Assembly (NCBI GenBank): GCA_028534125.1
Contig: CM052816.1
Location: forward strand, 29,266,001-29,330,000
Length of the DNA: 64,000 bases
Source: Lama glama
Taxonomy: Eukaryota
Direction: 5' to 3'
The notes beneath the pieces were generated by a model. It saw nothing but the letters and a program-made list of their open reading frames with translations. It searched no databases and had not been told where the DNA came from. A program made the translations under genes and the position numbers. Positions 1-64,000 of the stretch are shown piece by piece (within the stretch, counting starts at the first letter, position 1; each line of letters opens with the position of its first letter).

Positions 1-355
1 TGTTAACCTAAAAGATAAAGTTAATGTTAAGGTAGTATTATTAAACAGATTATTATTCAAATCTATTTCTCTCTGATATAAAAATCAGATTGTTTGCTTT
101 AAAATATACACAAAAATCTGTGTGAAAAGTCAGAGGCTGTTCCACGAGTGAGGGTGAAGAGCAGCTCGGCACAGGTGACACACTTAAAAGAGTTTTCAGT
201 ATACAGAGGAGGCTGACAGATGATGAGATGAAAAAGCAATTTAGGAGAACTAAAGAGCCTTTGGAGTGGACTTGTGAGATCTGGCTCCCCAGAACTCTAA
301 ATTTCCTCTGATATCACACCTGATTTGCTCTCAGGCACTGTAGTTTGGGGCTGAT

Positions 356-874
356 TGTATCAACGCAGAAAAGAGTTAACATGTAGGCCCGATACGGCTA
401 ACCTTTGAGTTTTGGCAAGGTTGGCCCTTGCTGGCATCTGCGAACTTAAATTTTGAGAAGGTTCCCTTCATTCCCTCACTAAGAACAGTAGTTCCCTGAG
501 CCCAAATTGTACAAACAATGTGGTGCATGCTAAATACCTGCTTCCCTTCTAGAACCCCAGAATTCTGGTATGTGCTCTGGCAGAAGAAGCCTATGTGACC
601 AGCCTCCTGATTAAAAACATGGATACTCTGTCTGGCAGACATCTTATGTGTCTCTTCACAATTGAGCATGTCCTGCATGAATCCACAGGGAAAGAACTCT
701 TGGATGCTTGCACCTGATTTCCTCTGGGCTTCACTCATGCAGCCTTTCCCCTTTCTGATTTTGCTTTGTATCATCTTGATGTAACAAATCATAGTCATGA
801 GTGATATGCTGAGTTCTAAAAGTTCTTTTAGCAAATCACCAAATCTGGGGGAAATCTTGGGGCTCCTCAACACA
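356..874 (+). mobile_element. Solo LTR, MER21-like
   Basis: TG...CA ends; recalled MER21-type segments (gcaaggttggcccttgctggcatctg; gctgagttct...aaatcaccaaatctgggggaaatcttgggg). Confidence 0.6.
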
Positions 875-1030
875 CTATCCTTAGCTACATGTATAGGCCT
901 GATAGATGCAGGTCAGTTCACATATCCAACATCTCTAGCCACAGTGATAAGTTCAGGGACCTGCTTATAAGCCAATCACAGCTAGTAAGACTAAATGAGG
1001 CCTTTGCTGGGGCTTTTGACAGAACCTATC

Positions 1031-1674
1031 AGACTGGCTATTACCAAAAAGACAATAAATAAGAAATGGAGAGGATGTGGACAAAAGAGAACCCTTGTGT
1101 ACTGCTGGTGGAGGTGTACATTGGTTCAGCCACTATGGAAAACAGTATGGAGGTTCCTTAAAAAAACTAAAAATGTAACTATCCTGTGGCCCAGCAATTC
1201 TACTTCTGGGTCTTTAGCTGAAGAAGGTGAAAACACTAACTTGAAAAGATATATGCACTCTGATGTTCACTGTAGCATTATTTACAGTAGCCAAGATACG
1301 GAAACAACCTAAGTGTCCATCGACAGATAAATGTATAAAAAAAGTGAGAAAAAAATATTTATCTATATATATATAGATATATGTATAGATACACACACAC
1401 ACACACACACACACACAGGCAAATGGTATATTACTCAGCCATAAGAAAGAATGAAGTCTTGCCATGTGCAAAAACATGGATGGGCTTCCAGCATCATGCT
1501 AATTGAAAGAAGTCAAAAGAAAGTCAGATATCGTTATGGTCTCTCTTATATGTAGAATCTAAAAAGGAAAAAATAGACAAAGAGAACAGATTAGTGAATG
1601 TCAGTGGTGGGGAGTGAGGGGTGGGAGAAATGAGTGGAGGGGATATTAAATATTAAACAGAAATAAATAAAATA
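1031..1674 (+). mobile_element. LINE-1 3' fragment (ORF2 C-terminus/3'UTR, L1MA-like)
   Basis: ORF track shows L1 ORF2 C-terminal motif (CWWRCTLVQPLWKTVWRFLKK); A-rich tail. Confidence 0.85.
1391..1416. repeat. (AC)13 microsatellite preceded by a TA-rich tract
   Basis: Direct reading. Confidence 0.95.
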
Positions 1675-1938
1675 ATGTGGTATAAAAAGTAACTTATAAA
1701 TAATTAGATATTAAATTTTATGATACCATACAGAGTTCATGACACTAATGCCTAATTGCCAGATACATAACTTTTTTCTATGCCTTCTACACACAATGCT
1801 CATCATTAAATCAACAATAATATACTGAGGTCCTCTACTATGTTCCATTACTGTGCTAAATTCTACAATTCCAAAGTCCTGAGAACGTCTCCCCTGTCTC
1901 TAAACTCTAGATCCCTCAGTCTTATTCCCTAAAGCAAA

Positions 1939-2330
1939 GTGCTGTGCTGAGCTCCCAGAAGCCCAAATCAGGACTGAAGACATAATTCCCCCAGTTGCTG
2001 GGAAGATTATCAGCTGATCACACACCCTCTCTAGGAATTGCTCTGCTGCTCTGTCCAAGGTCACGGCCCCTTTGCAGATCAGGTCATAAATAATGACTAG
2101 TTAGCTCAGGACAATTCAGAAGGGCCATCCCAGCTTCTGAGCTCCCTAAAGGATCAGCTGAGACCTTGCAGTAACTGCACCACAGCCTAACTTCTCCCTC
2201 TGCATACAGCCTTGCTCCCTTTGCTTACTGACCCCGACCCCAAGTGTTGATCCCAAGAGTACTCTCAAATAAATGTCCTGCCCATAAATCTCCACCTCAA
2301 AGTCGGCTTCCCAGGGAACTCATCCACCTA
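1939..2330 (+). mobile_element. ERVL LTR, LTR16-like
   Basis: Recalled LTR16 motifs (gaagggccatcccagcttctgagctccc; aataaa...aaatctccacctcaaagtcggcttcccagggaac). Confidence 0.6.
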
Positions 2331-2478
2331 CCCACACATATTCTCCTCACCTGTGCTCCATAATTGAAACTCCCTCCAACCCTGACCTGAGCATCCCATT
2401 TGCCGGTCATCCCTGCAGCAAATCCATCAAAAAAGCATCTTCTCAACACACATCATATGAACTAAATGTTGGGGAAAT

Positions 2479-2542
2479 AGTGACACTACAGTACTTGCTA
2501 GTGACATCTTTAAGATTCACTAGCAAGTACTGTAGTGTCACT
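2479..2542. repeat. Perfect 26-bp inverted repeat with 12-nt spacer
   Basis: agtgacactacagtacttgctagtga (2479-2504) is the exact reverse complement of 2517-2542. Confidence 0.97.
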
Positions 2543-2887
2543 TTAAGACAATTTAAGATCCATGATTGAGAAAGAAAACTATATGTTTGGTGGATTTCCA
2601 AGCATTACATGAAAGCAAGAAATTTCCAGCAAAAGGGAAGGGAGAAGAAAGAAAATTATTTGGAAACACAAAGACCTTTCTCTTGCCTTAAAGCAGAACA
2701 CTATCTATTATAGCAAAGTATGAAAAGGAGAACATATACAAAAGTTCATATTAAAATTGGGGTATCAATAAATCAGAGAACAGAAAATAAAATATAAAAG
2801 GCATCAAAGTGGCCTTAACTCATTTAATTTTCCATACAACTTATAAATGTTCTTACAATTCTAAAGAAACTGGATTGGGTGAAATTT

Positions 2888-2893
2888 TTTATT
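2888..2893 (-). promoter_or_regulatory. Probable HSD17B4 polyadenylation signal AATAAA
   Basis: First AATAAA on minus strand downstream of the stop (~240 nt). ATTAAA variants also at 3096-3101 and 2823-2828. Confidence 0.6.
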
Positions 2894-3134
2894 ATGATGG
2901 CATAGGTCTAAGGAGAGAAGGATTATTAATTACATGTCAGCTTCCAGTTCCTTGTAAAAATAATAACATGAAAAATTAGTAAAAAACGAAAATCTGAAAA
3001 GTTATTTGAAATCTGAAAATGTGAAGCAGTTTCCCCTGTATCTTAATTTTGACCATTTCTGCTGAATCACTTTTGCATATTTAGGGATGAGAGCATTTAA
3101 TTTGTCTACTGTAGTTAGTAATGTAGCACGTCCT

Positions 3135-63914
<60,780 letters not shown>

Positions 63915-64000
63915 CTGCAATGCAAAAGTAAGTAAGAATTCAGTTCTAGCCCTTAAAAATATGAGTTGGAAATGAAACACTCTAAGTGTATTTCTTCAGT

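Noticed and set aside
376..873. 165-aa minus-strand ORF
   Set aside because: Lies entirely antisense within an LTR relic; no recognisable protein.

Overview
Mammalian genomic DNA, AT-rich and repeat-rich. It carries 22 coding exons (equivalent to exons 3-24) of HSD17B4 (peroxisomal D-bifunctional protein/MFE-2) on the minus strand. I located each exon by hand. All lie between AG and GT splice sites with consistent phases and join into an open 2099-nt frame ending ...KDYAKL-stop (PTS1) at 3135; exons 1-2 lie beyond the right edge. The introns contain L1, L2, MIR, LTR and DNA-transposon relics, plus three tRNA-Ala(AGC)-derived SINEs resembling the camelid Vic-1 family, so the source is probably a camelid (inference). 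I found no convincing new multi-gene system. The most unusual items are small: a 26-bp perfect inverted repeat with a template-switch signature just downstream of the gene; a ~620-bp TSD-flanked L1 derivative joining the 5'UTR to the inter-ORF region; a solo LTR with a perfect TSD and an octamer motif; a SINE 25 nt from a splice donor; and a cluster of strong decoy donors after exon 22. Repeat family names come from recalled consensus sequences, not a database search, and their boundaries are approximate.
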